Part shown: positions 46,141-55,740 of the stretch, in pieces
How the letters are laid out: each line of letters opens with the position of its first letter
Position numbering within the stretch: the first letter of the stretch is position 1
From: a virus
Lineage: Duplodnaviria; Caudoviricetes
Virus record (IMG/VR): IMGVR_UViG_3300032225_001322
Coordinates: 32,001-96,000 of that record
DNA length: 64,000 bases
Reading direction: 5' to 3' (one strand)
Position numbers and translations under genes: made by a program
The notes under the pieces: model-generated
Told to the model about the DNA's origin: nothing
Seen by the model: only the letters and a program-made list of their open reading frames with translations
The model's database searches: none

Positions 46141-46485
46141 ATGCGCCCCATATGTCCTGCTTGTAATCAACGCCCTAGGGCTATAGCTTATCATAGAAAC
46201 GATAAAATTTATTATCGTAGCAGATGTACAATGTGTATTCGCAAAAAAAGAAAAGAAAAAGTCCAAACTCCGCTATGGGAGTTAAAAGGCTATAAAAAGA
46301 AAACAGTTTGTGATCGTTGCGGGTTTAGATCTAGATGGGCGGCCCAACTACTAGTATTTCATATAGATGGAAATCTAAACAACAACGGAGTTCGTAATTT
46401 AAAAACTATATGCCAAAACTGTGTGATAGATGTTAAGAAAGCTGATTTACCGTGGAGGGCTGGAGATTTGTCACCAGATTCTTAA
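46141..46485 (+). CDS. Zn-binding HNH-like protein
   Basis: Four CxxC pairs; VFHIDGNLNNN...NLKTICQNC. Confidence 0.75.
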   Translation: MRPICPACNQRPRAIAYHRNDKIYYRSRCTMCIRKKRKEKVQTPLWELKGYKKKTVCDRCGFRSRWAAQLLVFHIDGNLNNNGVRNLKTICQNCVIDVKKADLPWRAGDLSPDS

Positions 46486-47098
46486 CTTGAGCGTATAAAT
46501 TGTCTAACCCGTCTGCATTATTATCTACTACATAATCAAACTCAGTCCCAATCCAAGCAGTCTCGCTGGCATGAATATTGTAGTTTTCCAGTAGAGTTTT
46601 GGCCCTACTCCAATTAAGATTTTTAGGGCCTTCGTTTACACTTTGAGCCAGCTCAAACCACTCGGGTTCAGGGCCACGGACAACACGGATCACAATACCG
46701 CCAGCATTCTTTATCGCTCGAATTTCGTTAGGAAAACGACAATCTGATATTACAACGTCGTCATGTGTCTTGCGTAATTTGTTTTCTAAACTAGCAATCC
46801 AGATGTCGTCGTGAAAGCTCTTTCTAGCCACCTCTGTACCCCAAAACTGTAATACCCAGCGTGGAGTAAGGTTGGGCATACTTAATCGTTCTGCCCACCA
46901 AGGGTCCACTTGTTCACGCCATTCTCTACTTTCGCGAGTACGGCCTTCTAATAATTCTCTGTCCCACCCAAATACTGATGATACAGCATCTTTAAGTGTA
47001 TGGGCAAATGATTCTCGTCGGAATTGGTGTATATTTTGTAAGTAGTCAGCAATAGTATCTTTGCCTGACCCGATCAATCCACAAATTCCAATAATCAT
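46433..47098 (-). CDS. Deoxynucleoside monophosphate kinase (gp1-like)
   Basis: GLIGSGKDT, SFA, PRWVLQFWGTE, ISDCRFPNE, HASE. Confidence 0.92.
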   Translation of the reverse strand: MIIGICGLIGSGKDTIADYLQNIHQFRRESFAHTLKDAVSSVFGWDRELLEGRTRESREWREQVDPWWAERLSMPNLTPRWVLQFWGTEVARKSFHDDIWIASLENKLRKTHDDVVISDCRFPNEIRAIKNAGGIVIRVVRGPEPEWFELAQSVNEGPKNLNWSRAKTLLENYNIHASETAWIGTEFDYVVDNNADGLDNLYAQVKNLVTNLQPSTVNQLS

Positions 47099-47118
47099 AA
47101 TTCGTCCTTTTTTTAAAA

Positions 47119-47643
47119 TTACTTAATTTCTTTGATGTTCAAGTGTCTAAATGTCGCTTGTAACATATCGATCTGACGCTTACAGTCCTCCAGTGCGTGA
47201 TGTGAAGTGGGCGGACGAGGACAGTTGGGCCATAGGGAATATATAGTTCTTGCGTCGCGTACTTTATAGAACTGCCAAGGTTGTACTCTACCTAAAGATT
47301 TATATGCGTGTTCAAGGATATTCATGTCGTAAGTTGGACCGTTAGCCCATACAAAGTCGGCATGCCATGTTAGTTTGTGTAGGCCGTCTAGAGCATCACT
47401 TAGAGAAATCCTGCCTTCCTCGTTAAATGCTTCTGCACTTGCTTCGGGTTGGGTGGCCCACCAATTTATAGTATCGTCGGTAATAGCACGACCTTCTTGA
47501 CTTTCTAAAGTGACTCGAGCATAGAAATGATTTAATCCATACCCCATGCCAAATGGATCAAAAGATTGTGCTGCGATTGTTAAAATAGTAGCATCTGGCG
47601 TAGTTGCCAAACCTTCTATGTCGATCATTATGTGTTGTGCCAT
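47119..47643 (-). CDS. DEDDh 3'-5' exonuclease (RNase AS/DexA-like)
   Basis: MIDIEGL, WANGPTYD, RDART, HHALED; promoter TTGTAA-17-TATACT 6 nt before ATG. Confidence 0.88.
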   Translation of the reverse strand: MAQHIMIDIEGLATTPDATILTIAAQSFDPFGMGYGLNHFYARVTLESQEGRAITDDTINWWATQPEASAEAFNEEGRISLSDALDGLHKLTWHADFVWANGPTYDMNILEHAYKSLGRVQPWQFYKVRDARTIYSLWPNCPRPPTSHHALEDCKRQIDMLQATFRHLNIKEIK

Positions 47644-47685
47644 ACTGTAAGTATAACACGATTTAAAATTAATTACAAGTAATTT

Positions 47686-48456
47686 TTAGCCAATTACCCA
47701 TGTAAGTGGCTGACTGCCATCAACATAGTTTTTCAAATCTTCGATACATTTTGCCATAACAGCCATGCCTTCAGCTTTCATTGCGGCTCCATTTAAGGTT
47801 GTGCCGCCCTGTGGGCCAGATATGGTGCCAAACTTTTCGCGAGCTTCGCCAATAATTAATTTACAGTTTCCGTACATATAGTCACGGATCCATTGACGAA
47901 TTTGGAAATCAGAAAGTAGATTTACTTCTGGTTTTAAGTTGTAAGTCCATAGTAAAACATTCTCACCAACACCCTTGGGATCGCGAATTAATTGTAATTT
48001 TTTGGTAACTGGGTTCCATGTATAGTTCATGTAAGCACCAAACATACGACCAGCAAGTTCAACATATTGTGAGTAGAAATCGTAGGTAGCAAGTCCACCT
48101 GCCACATTAAAATTCATCAAGTAAACATTCAATGTTGCCTGACTAAATGGGTCAAAGTTGGAGGCATATGGGCCGGTTGAATCACCAAATGTTCTACGGA
48201 ATATCTGACGAACTTGGATAACTTCTTCAGGTAAATCGTAGATGTTTACATTGGTTACGAGCTCCATAAAGGTATAACTTTCTTCATAAGCGTTTTGTGC
48301 CCGCTGACGATAAGTGCCTATTGTAGCACGATAAGCCGCTTCAAAATGACCGGCGTCTAGCTCAATATCAACGATTTCGTCGGCTAATTGAAGTCGAACA
48401 TATTCAATTAGTTGTTGTTTAAGGGTTTCTAATGTAGATTCAGATTGCAATGCCAT
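47686..48456 (-). CDS. Neck protein (gp13-like)
   Basis: IVDIELD, YDLPEEVI, EAREKF, GPQGGTTLNG; late promoter 48475-48482. Confidence 0.8.
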   Translation of the reverse strand: MALQSESTLETLKQQLIEYVRLQLADEIVDIELDAGHFEAAYRATIGTYRQRAQNAYEESYTFMELVTNVNIYDLPEEVIQVRQIFRRTFGDSTGPYASNFDPFSQATLNVYLMNFNVAGGLATYDFYSQYVELAGRMFGAYMNYTWNPVTKKLQLIRDPKGVGENVLLWTYNLKPEVNLLSDFQIRQWIRDYMYGNCKLIIGEAREKFGTISGPQGGTTLNGAAMKAEGMAVMAKCIEDLKNYVDGSQPLTWVIG

Positions 48457-48486
48457 ATGGACTCCATGTCCATATATTTAGCATTT

Positions 48487-49632
48487 TTACCAGGCTTTTA
48501 GAATGATTGTATTCTCGTTACCGCGCCCTGTAAACTTAGTTTCCGTAGCTTTAATATCTCCAAACGATTTACGCATTGCTGGCTTTCCGCCCGACATAAC
48601 TGCTTTAATTTGTTCGGCTGGTTTGCGTAAAGTTTTCTGTACAGTTGTCATAGCATCAAAAGCAATAATGGCAGAACCCTTGACCGTAAATGTACCTAAG
48701 TGTGCGTCGGCCATGACATGGATTAATTTGCGTTTTGCTGTATCGTACAACCAAGCTTCGCTTGCGTTCACAAGTTTTGCTGGGTTTTCAGACTTGAGAT
48801 TAAACTCTGCAAATTCTTTAAGGTACTTAAATTTGCTTGACTGTCTTTCTGGACTTACTGCTTTCTTAGCACGAGGCTTGCGTTCTACTTTCTTAATACT
48901 AATGTAAGACGAGCAGTCTGCTAGTACAGTTTCACAGAATTTTACGCATTGCTTTAGTTGTGCTTTGGACAAATGACTATAGCCTTCTACTAGTTGTTCG
49001 TCGGTGCCTTCTAACACTTCATTAAATTCTTGTAGGCGCAAATCCCATACTCGAGTAATGTTAGGAATCATCTGCGGACTAATATTCATGCCGCGAATTA
49101 GTGCGATAGGTTTAAAGTCAGCTGACATCTTTGCGCCAGCCACAATAAAATCATCAAACATTCCCTCGAGCTCTCCAGCACACTCACTTGCCTTTTCGCG
49201 AAGATGATCTTGAATAGTTAGTTTTACTTGGGCTGTTTCCTCGTCGGTGGCCGCGACTTTTTTGATTTCTTGTTTAGATTTAAGCATCAACGAAATCTGC
49301 TCATCTAAAACACATTGTTCGTGCTCGTTAAGTATTAATCCCATTACACTCATACGACATACCCAAGCTGGTGTCACACGAATTTGACTGTCAGGAATGC
49401 CACGTATTAGTCGAGCATCAGCTTTGCGATGATTAATTTCCAAATACATAGCAATCATATCTTTGGCATCTTTTTTGCCATAGTGATAATTGTACCATTG
49501 GAATGCATTAGCAAAGGAACTAATACGATTAGTTTCGTCTGGTTGAATTCGCCACTCTGGTTCAAAGCCAACATATTTGGTTTCGGCACCCTTGGGGTTT
49601 AATCTTTTAATTGTAGTTTCGTTTTTTGCCAT
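48487..49632 (-). CDS. Hypothetical early/middle protein
   Basis: 381 aa; promoter TTGACA-17-TACACT at 49642-49670. Confidence 0.75.
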   Translation of the reverse strand: MAKNETTIKRLNPKGAETKYVGFEPEWRIQPDETNRISSFANAFQWYNYHYGKKDAKDMIAMYLEINHRKADARLIRGIPDSQIRVTPAWVCRMSVMGLILNEHEQCVLDEQISLMLKSKQEIKKVAATDEETAQVKLTIQDHLREKASECAGELEGMFDDFIVAGAKMSADFKPIALIRGMNISPQMIPNITRVWDLRLQEFNEVLEGTDEQLVEGYSHLSKAQLKQCVKFCETVLADCSSYISIKKVERKPRAKKAVSPERQSSKFKYLKEFAEFNLKSENPAKLVNASEAWLYDTAKRKLIHVMADAHLGTFTVKGSAIIAFDAMTTVQKTLRKPAEQIKAVMSGGKPAMRKSFGDIKATETKFTGRGNENTIILKAW

Positions 49633-49666
49633 AGTTTTAATAGTGTAATGTCTGTGGTGGTAAATG

Positions 49667-49918
49667 TCAACCTATCAATGCCGCAAAGGTAATGTGTTGT
49701 TCCAAATTATCCAATAATCCGTTTACTTGTTTTTTCAATTCAATAAATTTTGATGTTTCTCGTTTAAGTCTACGACACTCTACAGATTCCTGACTTAGGG
49801 CAGTAATCGTTCGATCTACGCTGGCTAACATTTTGCGTAAATCACGATAAGCTACCTTGTTTTTTACAGCAGATATTTGCTTTTCTGCGTGATTTACCCT
49901 GTCTAAAATATCATCCAT
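49667..49918 (-). CDS. Hypothetical coiled-coil protein (start corrected to MDDIL at 49918)
   Basis: TTGACT-17-TATAAT (49926-49954) lies 7 nt upstream of ATG 49918; the track's TTG start is the -35 box. Confidence 0.7.
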   Translation of the reverse strand: MDDILDRVNHAEKQISAVKNKVAYRDLRKMLASVDRTITALSQESVECRRLKRETSKFIELKKQVNGLLDNLEQHITFAALIG

Positions 49919-49978
49919 AACAGTAATTATATAGTATTGGGAATTACTAGTCAACCTACAAAAAGCTAAATACTTATT

Positions 49979-51331
49979 ATGCCTAGATTGTCCTTATATA
50001 GACCCAATAGAACCTCAGATTACCAATTTTTGGATCGCACAATTTCCGAACGTTATACTGTTGGCGGCCTCGATGTCTTTGTTCACAAATATCTTGGTCC
50101 TATAGTAGACACTACAGATAACCCTGGAAATAAAGATGCTACCTTACCTGTTTATACTTCAGAAAATCCACTATTCATCGAAGATTTACTGTTACTAGAA
50201 AATCGCGATCGTGCTTACGATCCTAACATTTATATCATGCGTGGTGTTTATACCCAGAACGATATTAATTTTGATTTAACACAATTTGGTTTATTTTTAA
50301 ACAACGATACATTGTACATTACATTTCACTACAATGATATGATTGACACTTATGGCCGTAAATTAATGGCCGGCGATGTTCTTGAATTACCCAATCTCAA
50401 AGATTACTATCCATTGAATAGTAACATTACTAGAGCATTACCTAAATATTATGTAATTCAGGACGCTAGTTATGCTTCAGAAGGTTTTAGTCAAACTTGG
50501 CTTCCACATACTTGGCGTGTTAAAGCTACGCCAATGGTCAATGCTCAAGAGTATAAACAGATTATGGATCAACCATTTATGCCCGATAATATTTGGGACG
50601 ATGGTAATTTTTATCCTCGCGGTGATGTTGTCAATGACGGCGGAAAATATTACGAAGCCACGGCTAATGTGCCGCCAGGAACTCCTATTACCGATCCTAA
50701 TTATTGGGCATTGATTGAAAAACCAACTACATTAGGTGATGCTGATAGTACTCGCAATAAAGATTTAGCTATCAATGATACTTTAATTATACAAGCTAAT
50801 GCTGATGTTCCGCTGTCGGGTTATGACAATGTTAGCTTTTATATATTGCCAACCACGCCTGCTGGCGAGCCTAGCAGTGGAGGATTATTTGCCGGCGATA
50901 AAAATGTTACAGTAGATGGAACACAACAAGGCGAGGGCGAAACTCCCAAGAGTTTTGGATACACCATGGGTTATTTGACTGGCGATAAGATGGCACCAAA
51001 TGGATTGCCAGTTACACCGGGCGTTAGTTTTCCCATGGGTCCATCGACAGGAGATTATTGTTTGCGACTAGATTATTTTCCAAATCGTTTATTCCGTTAC
51101 AATGGAGCGATGTGGACAGCTATATCCGATGATGTGCGTACTGATTTAGACTGGGGCTTTGATAATAAAACTCAGCGTAGTTCGTTTGTTAATAATCCAT
51201 ATACAGTATCTACATCAGATCAAGGTAATATACCAAGCCGTCAGTCGTTGTCTGAATTACTTAAACCAGAAGCTGATAACGGCAATCAAGGTGGCAACAA
51301 ACCGCCTAAACCAAGACCCCCAGGACGATAA
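49979..51331 (+). CDS. Neck/head-closure protein (gp14-like) with inserted CBM5/12-like module
   Basis: LLENRDRAYD, FDLTQFGLF, GRKLMAGDVLELP; GCTAAATA 6 nt upstream; precedes gp15-like gene. Confidence 0.7.
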   Translation: MPRLSLYRPNRTSDYQFLDRTISERYTVGGLDVFVHKYLGPIVDTTDNPGNKDATLPVYTSENPLFIEDLLLLENRDRAYDPNIYIMRGVYTQNDINFDLTQFGLFLNNDTLYITFHYNDMIDTYGRKLMAGDVLELPNLKDYYPLNSNITRALPKYYVIQDASYASEGFSQTWLPHTWRVKATPMVNAQEYKQIMDQPFMPDNIWDDGNFYPRGDVVNDGGKYYEATANVPPGTPITDPNYWALIEKPTTLGDADSTRNKDLAINDTLIIQANADVPLSGYDNVSFYILPTTPAGEPSSGGLFAGDKNVTVDGTQQGEGETPKSFGYTMGYLTGDKMAPNGLPVTPGVSFPMGPSTGDYCLRLDYFPNRLFRYNGAMWTAISDDVRTDLDWGFDNKTQRSSFVNNPYTVSTSDQGNIPSRQSLSELLKPEADNGNQGGNKPPKPRPPGR

Positions 51332-52731
51332 TGCAACAATATTTTTTCGACGAACAACTCCGTCGCTATCTAATTCAATTTGCTCGTATGTTTTCAGGCT
51401 TCCAAGTAGAGTTTGGACGCAACGAAGCAGGTGCTGCTGGAACTGGCGATACATTATATCGTGTACCCGTGCGTTATGGAGATGCTAGTCGGCAAGCACA
51501 AGTTATCCTACAAGAAAATAGTGCTAGTAATATGCCGTCAACTCCCTTGATGACATTTTATGTTACTGCTCTAGATTTTGATCGGCCACGCATGCAGAAT
51601 CCAACTTATGTTGATAACAAGAGTATCCGTCAGCGTGAATACGATTCAGCTACAGGAACTTATGAAACTACCCAAGGTAATGCTTTCCAAGTAGAGCGTT
51701 TTATGCCGGCTCCTTATAAATTAAGTATCAATTTAGATATCTGGACTAGTAATACTAATCAAAAAATGCAGTTACTGGAGCAAATATTGCCATTGTTCAA
51801 TCCAAGTTTGGAAATACAAAGTACAGATAGTTTTATGGATTGGACTAGTTTAAGTATTGTAGAGTTAGTATCTACAGGGTGGAGTAGTCGTGGTGTTCCG
51901 CAAGGTACCGAAGATCCTATTGATATTTCTACACTTAAATTTGTCTTGCCCATATGGTTATCATTGCCTGCTAAAGTTAAAAAACTTGGTGTTGTGGAGA
52001 CTATTATTGCTAGCATCTATGACGGCAAAGGCGACATGGTCAACGCTATTCGTAATAATGATTTGTTGTTAGGTACACGACAATATATTACGCCATACGG
52101 TTATCAAGTTGTATTAATTGGAAACAAATTACAAATTTTAGCTCGGTCAGCTGTAGTTGATGAAGCAAACAACGAATTGCCGCCACCAGATCCAGTGGAG
52201 CCAAGTAATCTAAATTGGACTCCTGTGGTCAACATGTATGGAACATTGCGTCCAGGTATTAGTATGATTGCCCTTACACAGGAAGATGGCTCAAAAGTAT
52301 TTGGTACCGTGGCGTTTGACCCGACAAATGATCAATTTCTATTGTTTACTGTCATCGAAGAATCGATTCCCCCTAACACATTATCGCCTGTAAGTTCAGT
52401 TATTAATCCCTTGGCAAGTGGTCCAGGACAAGGTTTGCCGGCAGCAAGTACAGGGCAGAGATATTTGTTAACTGAAGGTACTGGTAGTGATAATGGTTAT
52501 GCTCAAGCCTGGGCTGGTACTACTGGACAAATATTAGTCGCACATCCTAACGATATTATCGAGTACGATGGGAATCAATGGGTAATTTCTTTCAGTGCTG
52601 AGTCTAGTCCTGTAAATACACAATATGTCACCAATATTACAACCGAAATTCAATACAAATGGACTGGCCATAATTGGGTTAAATCATATCAAGGTCTCTA
52701 CCCAGGCGGCCAATGGGCACTAATAATTTAA
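51331..52731 (+). CDS. Tail sheath stabiliser/terminator (gp15-like) with C-terminal extension
   Basis: YFFDEQLRRYLIQF, VPVRYG, PAPYKL, QLLEQILPLFNP. Confidence 0.8.
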   Translation: MQQYFFDEQLRRYLIQFARMFSGFQVEFGRNEAGAAGTGDTLYRVPVRYGDASRQAQVILQENSASNMPSTPLMTFYVTALDFDRPRMQNPTYVDNKSIRQREYDSATGTYETTQGNAFQVERFMPAPYKLSINLDIWTSNTNQKMQLLEQILPLFNPSLEIQSTDSFMDWTSLSIVELVSTGWSSRGVPQGTEDPIDISTLKFVLPIWLSLPAKVKKLGVVETIIASIYDGKGDMVNAIRNNDLLLGTRQYITPYGYQVVLIGNKLQILARSAVVDEANNELPPPDPVEPSNLNWTPVVNMYGTLRPGISMIALTQEDGSKVFGTVAFDPTNDQFLLFTVIEESIPPNTLSPVSSVINPLASGPGQGLPAASTGQRYLLTEGTGSDNGYAQAWAGTTGQILVAHPNDIIEYDGNQWVISFSAESSPVNTQYVTNITTEIQYKWTGHNWVKSYQGLYPGGQWALII

Positions 52732-53162
52732 AAATAGTCAACGCTGTTGGCATTTGGTTTTACAGTCAATCAACTAATCGATATTTGTATTTGGTTCGCA
52801 ATGATCCAAAACATCCAGACTCCTGGGGTTTACCTGGTGGCAAAATGGAGCCAGGTGAAAGTATTATGGCGGCCATGGTTCGCGAGTGCGAAGAAGAAAT
52901 TGGCAGTATGCCCGACTACGTTAAACTCATGCCGTTAGAGAAATTTACTAGCAGTGACGGTGGGTTCGCTTATAACACTTTTTTCTGTGTGGTAGAAAAT
53001 GAATTTAGTCCCAGACTGAATAACGAGCATTCGGGATATGCTTGGATTGATTCAGGCACTTGGCCTAAACCACTTCATCCAGGACTATGGTCAACTATAA
53101 ATTTTCAAGCAGTACAAAGTAAAATTTCTATTATACAACAACAACTTCAAACATCGCAGTAA
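52713..53162 (+). CDS. Nudix hydrolase
   Basis: Nudix box GGKMEPGESIMAAMVRECEEEIG; NEH, LHP. Confidence 0.9.
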   Translation: MGTNNLKIVNAVGIWFYSQSTNRYLYLVRNDPKHPDSWGLPGGKMEPGESIMAAMVRECEEEIGSMPDYVKLMPLEKFTSSDGGFAYNTFFCVVENEFSPRLNNEHSGYAWIDSGTWPKPLHPGLWSTINFQAVQSKISIIQQQLQTSQ

Positions 53163-53809
53163 GTAACAAAGTCTCTAAAATTAAAACACTTAGTATTAGG
53201 ACAACTTAACCATTCGTCGGGCATGTTAAGTTCATTGCCTACCATGATAAACTTAGTGCCAGAGTAGGCCTTAATTATTTTAGTCACTTGAAAAATCCAA
53301 TTATTTTGACCAATGTTGGATTCTTTGTCATATCCCAGCATAAATATTTCACTGTGTCCATCAAATGCCGCAAGATAGATAGGTAGTACAGCAGTACACA
53401 ACAAAGGGTTGTAGGGTATTAAATAAAACTCGCCTGGTCTTTTGACACAATTTTTGCTGGTAGTATAGACAATGTTATTTTCTGTATATTTGTTTTCAAT
53501 AAGTGGCAACAAATTATTTAAGTCTGTATCTACAGTAAAGTCTAATCTCATTTCACTAGCAATAGCAGCAGTACCATAAGTCTGTAGTGTTAGTGAACCT
53601 AACAAGCCACCGCGATGATCTTCTAATAGTTTATAATTAAATCTATCTCGACTTTCACTAGTACCTATTACAGCCGCGCGGCCACTCAAATGTTGATTTA
53701 CAATGGGATTTTCAATCCACTCTCGTTGTTCTTGTTTCTTACCGCCGGACCATTTGGACTCAATGATAACAAATTCGCCCGGATAATCTTTTCTGTATCT
53801 AGCTTCCAT
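53147..53809 (-). CDS. Hypothetical protein, DUF115/Maf or Cst-II-like transferase fold
   Basis: AAVIGTSES, TYG, LAAFDGHSEIFMLGYD. Confidence 0.5.
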   Translation of the reverse strand: MEARYRKDYPGEFVIIESKWSGGKKQEQREWIENPIVNQHLSGRAAVIGTSESRDRFNYKLLEDHRGGLLGSLTLQTYGTAAIASEMRLDFTVDTDLNNLLPLIENKYTENNIVYTTSKNCVKRPGEFYLIPYNPLLCTAVLPIYLAAFDGHSEIFMLGYDKESNIGQNNWIFQVTKIIKAYSGTKFIMVGNELNMPDEWLSCPNTKCFNFRDFVTYCDV

Positions 53810-53810
53810 A

Positions 53811-55571
53811 TTATGCCGTGTAGGTAAATGTTGCTGGAGTACCAGGACTTGGTGTTGTATAAGTCAAGACGGTATAGCCTGGGGCCGCTGGCGGTGTAGT
53901 TACAGTTGCCCCTGGAGCTGTTCCTGGATAACTAGGAGTTGGTACTGCTATGATAACTGTGCCAGATCCGCCAGCTAGCCCAAGTCTATTGGGGGCTGAA
54001 CCGCCACCACCACCTGATCCACCAGAGCCAAGGCCGTTTACACCAGCTGTTTGTGGTCCACCCGATATGCCTCCACTACCACCACCTGCGTATGTTAATC
54101 CAGTGTATGACCAAGTATATCCAGTACCGCCAGCGCCGCCTCCACTGCCTGGTGCTCCAGGAGATCCAATGCTACCAGCACCTCCACCTCCACCGCCAGT
54201 TCTATAAGTTGCGCTGTCGGTACCACCGTTACCACCAGCAAAACCTAAACCGCCACTGGTGCTGCTAGGTTGTGTAGCTGACCCGCCAAGGCCAAGAGGC
54301 CCTCCTGAAGAAGGTGCTCCGCCGCCTCCACCTGATCCTCCTGGATTACCGCCAGTAAAACCAGATGCTCCATATCCGCCACCTAATGCTACGAGATTAC
54401 CTACTATATTTCCAGATATAATACTATTTCCACCATTAACGTTGCTTCCAACAGTTGACCCAGCACCAACAGTGATGGTATAGACTGTGCCACTAGATAA
54501 TGTAATTACTCCAGTTAATAATCCGCCACCACCACCACCGCCAGATCGTTCATCAACTCCAGGAGAGGTAGTACCGCCAGAGCCACCGCCTCCAACAACT
54601 AGATATTGTGCTGTGATAACTGGTGCCAATGTGCCCGGGCTAGTAAATGTATGTACATAGTATCCAGGTGCCGCTGGATTACTCGCTCCTGGTGTTACAG
54701 TTCCGCCGCCAAATAATTGTGTTGAGCTAGCATAAGCAATTGCAACTACACCAGAACCACCGGCGCCGTTAGTATAGTTGGCATAAGGACTACCGCACTG
54801 ATATCCGCCACCTGCTCCGCCGCCACCGGTTCCGGGTGTACCTGGATTTCCAGCTCCACTCAATCCATTAGCACCTGGTGTAGCATTGCCGCCACCGCCA
54901 GGTCCTCCACTACCTGCTGATAAACCCCCTGGGCCTAAAGATGGGTTAGCATATACACCGCCACCGCCGCCACCAGCGTATGTATTTCCAGTATATGTCC
55001 AAGTATATCCAGCACCGCCGTTACCTGTAGTTAAGCCTGGGGCACCGGCAGCTCCTGCGCCACCGCCACCACCTGATCTATCGTTTGGCGCAGTTGGTAT
55101 TTGGCCGCCACCGCCGCCACCTGGATAACCTTGTTGGGTAGGTCCTGGATAACCACTCCCTGATCCGCCTGTTGATGTGCCACCTGGTCTACTACCTCCA
55201 CCGCCAGAGCCGCCCGGTACACCATTAAGCCCATCTGTTCCAGCTCCACCACCACCACCTACAGCAGTTACAGTTGTAAATCCTGAGCCCGAAATACTAC
55301 TATTTGCTCCTGAATTTCCAGGAGGACCAAAACCATACGGTGGACTTGCTGTTGCTCCAGTTCCGCCAGAACCAACTGTGATGGTATACACAGCTGAAAG
55401 AGGAGATGTTATATTTCCCGACAAAACTCCGCCACCACCGCCACCGCCCCCAATTCGAACACCGCCTGCTCCGCCACCGCCCACAACTAGATATCGTATT
55501 GTAACAGATGGCTCAAATTGTATAGAAACTCCGCCTGAAAAAGTAATGCCGCCTGTGATCTCTAATGCCAT
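53811..55571 (-). CDS. Glycine/proline-rich tail-fibre-like protein with two tandem Gly-rich domains
   Basis: Duplicated YLVVGGGG...YTITVG...GYTW-x-YTG-x-TYAGGG...GGSG-x-V units; many PG/SP/TP. Confidence 0.8.
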   Translation of the reverse strand: MALEITGGITFSGGVSIQFEPSVTIRYLVVGGGGAGGVRIGGGGGGGGVLSGNITSPLSAVYTITVGSGGTGATASPPYGFGPPGNSGANSSISGSGFTTVTAVGGGGGAGTDGLNGVPGGSGGGGSRPGGTSTGGSGSGYPGPTQQGYPGGGGGGQIPTAPNDRSGGGGGAGAAGAPGLTTGNGGAGYTWTYTGNTYAGGGGGGVYANPSLGPGGLSAGSGGPGGGGNATPGANGLSGAGNPGTPGTGGGGAGGGYQCGSPYANYTNGAGGSGVVAIAYASSTQLFGGGTVTPGASNPAAPGYYVHTFTSPGTLAPVITAQYLVVGGGGSGGTTSPGVDERSGGGGGGGLLTGVITLSSGTVYTITVGAGSTVGSNVNGGNSIISGNIVGNLVALGGGYGASGFTGGNPGGSGGGGGAPSSGGPLGLGGSATQPSSTSGGLGFAGGNGGTDSATYRTGGGGGGAGSIGSPGAPGSGGGAGGTGYTWSYTGLTYAGGGSGGISGGPQTAGVNGLGSGGSGGGGGSAPNRLGLAGGSGTVIIAVPTPSYPGTAPGATVTTPPAAPGYTVLTYTTPSPGTPATFTYTA

Positions 55572-55592
55572 TGTTCTATCCTATAGATTTAT

Positions 55593-55621
55593 AGTATATT
55601 TAGTAGAATACCCATAGTCAA
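55593..55621 (-). promoter_or_regulatory. Overlapping sigma70-like and late promoters for the Gly-rich gene
   Basis: TTGACT-17-TATACT, with ACTAAATA at 55597-55604. Confidence 0.6.
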
Positions 55622-55622
55622 C

Positions 55623-55644
55623 AAAAAAGCACCCTAGAGTGCTT
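55623..55644 (-). terminator. Intrinsic terminator ending the glycosylation island
   Basis: AAGCAC-TCTAGG-GTGCTTTTTT on the minus strand. Confidence 0.8.
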
Positions 55645-55740
55645 GATTGTTTTTATTATACCGAGTTTACCGACCCACCAGCTAGATTTTTGACTCCACC
55701 TAGTCAGGAGTAACGTTTACTTAGTTAATTATATACCCAG

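Noticed and set aside
53950-55617. Pro-rich plus-strand ORFs
   Set aside because: Antisense shadows of the Gly codons of 53811-55571.
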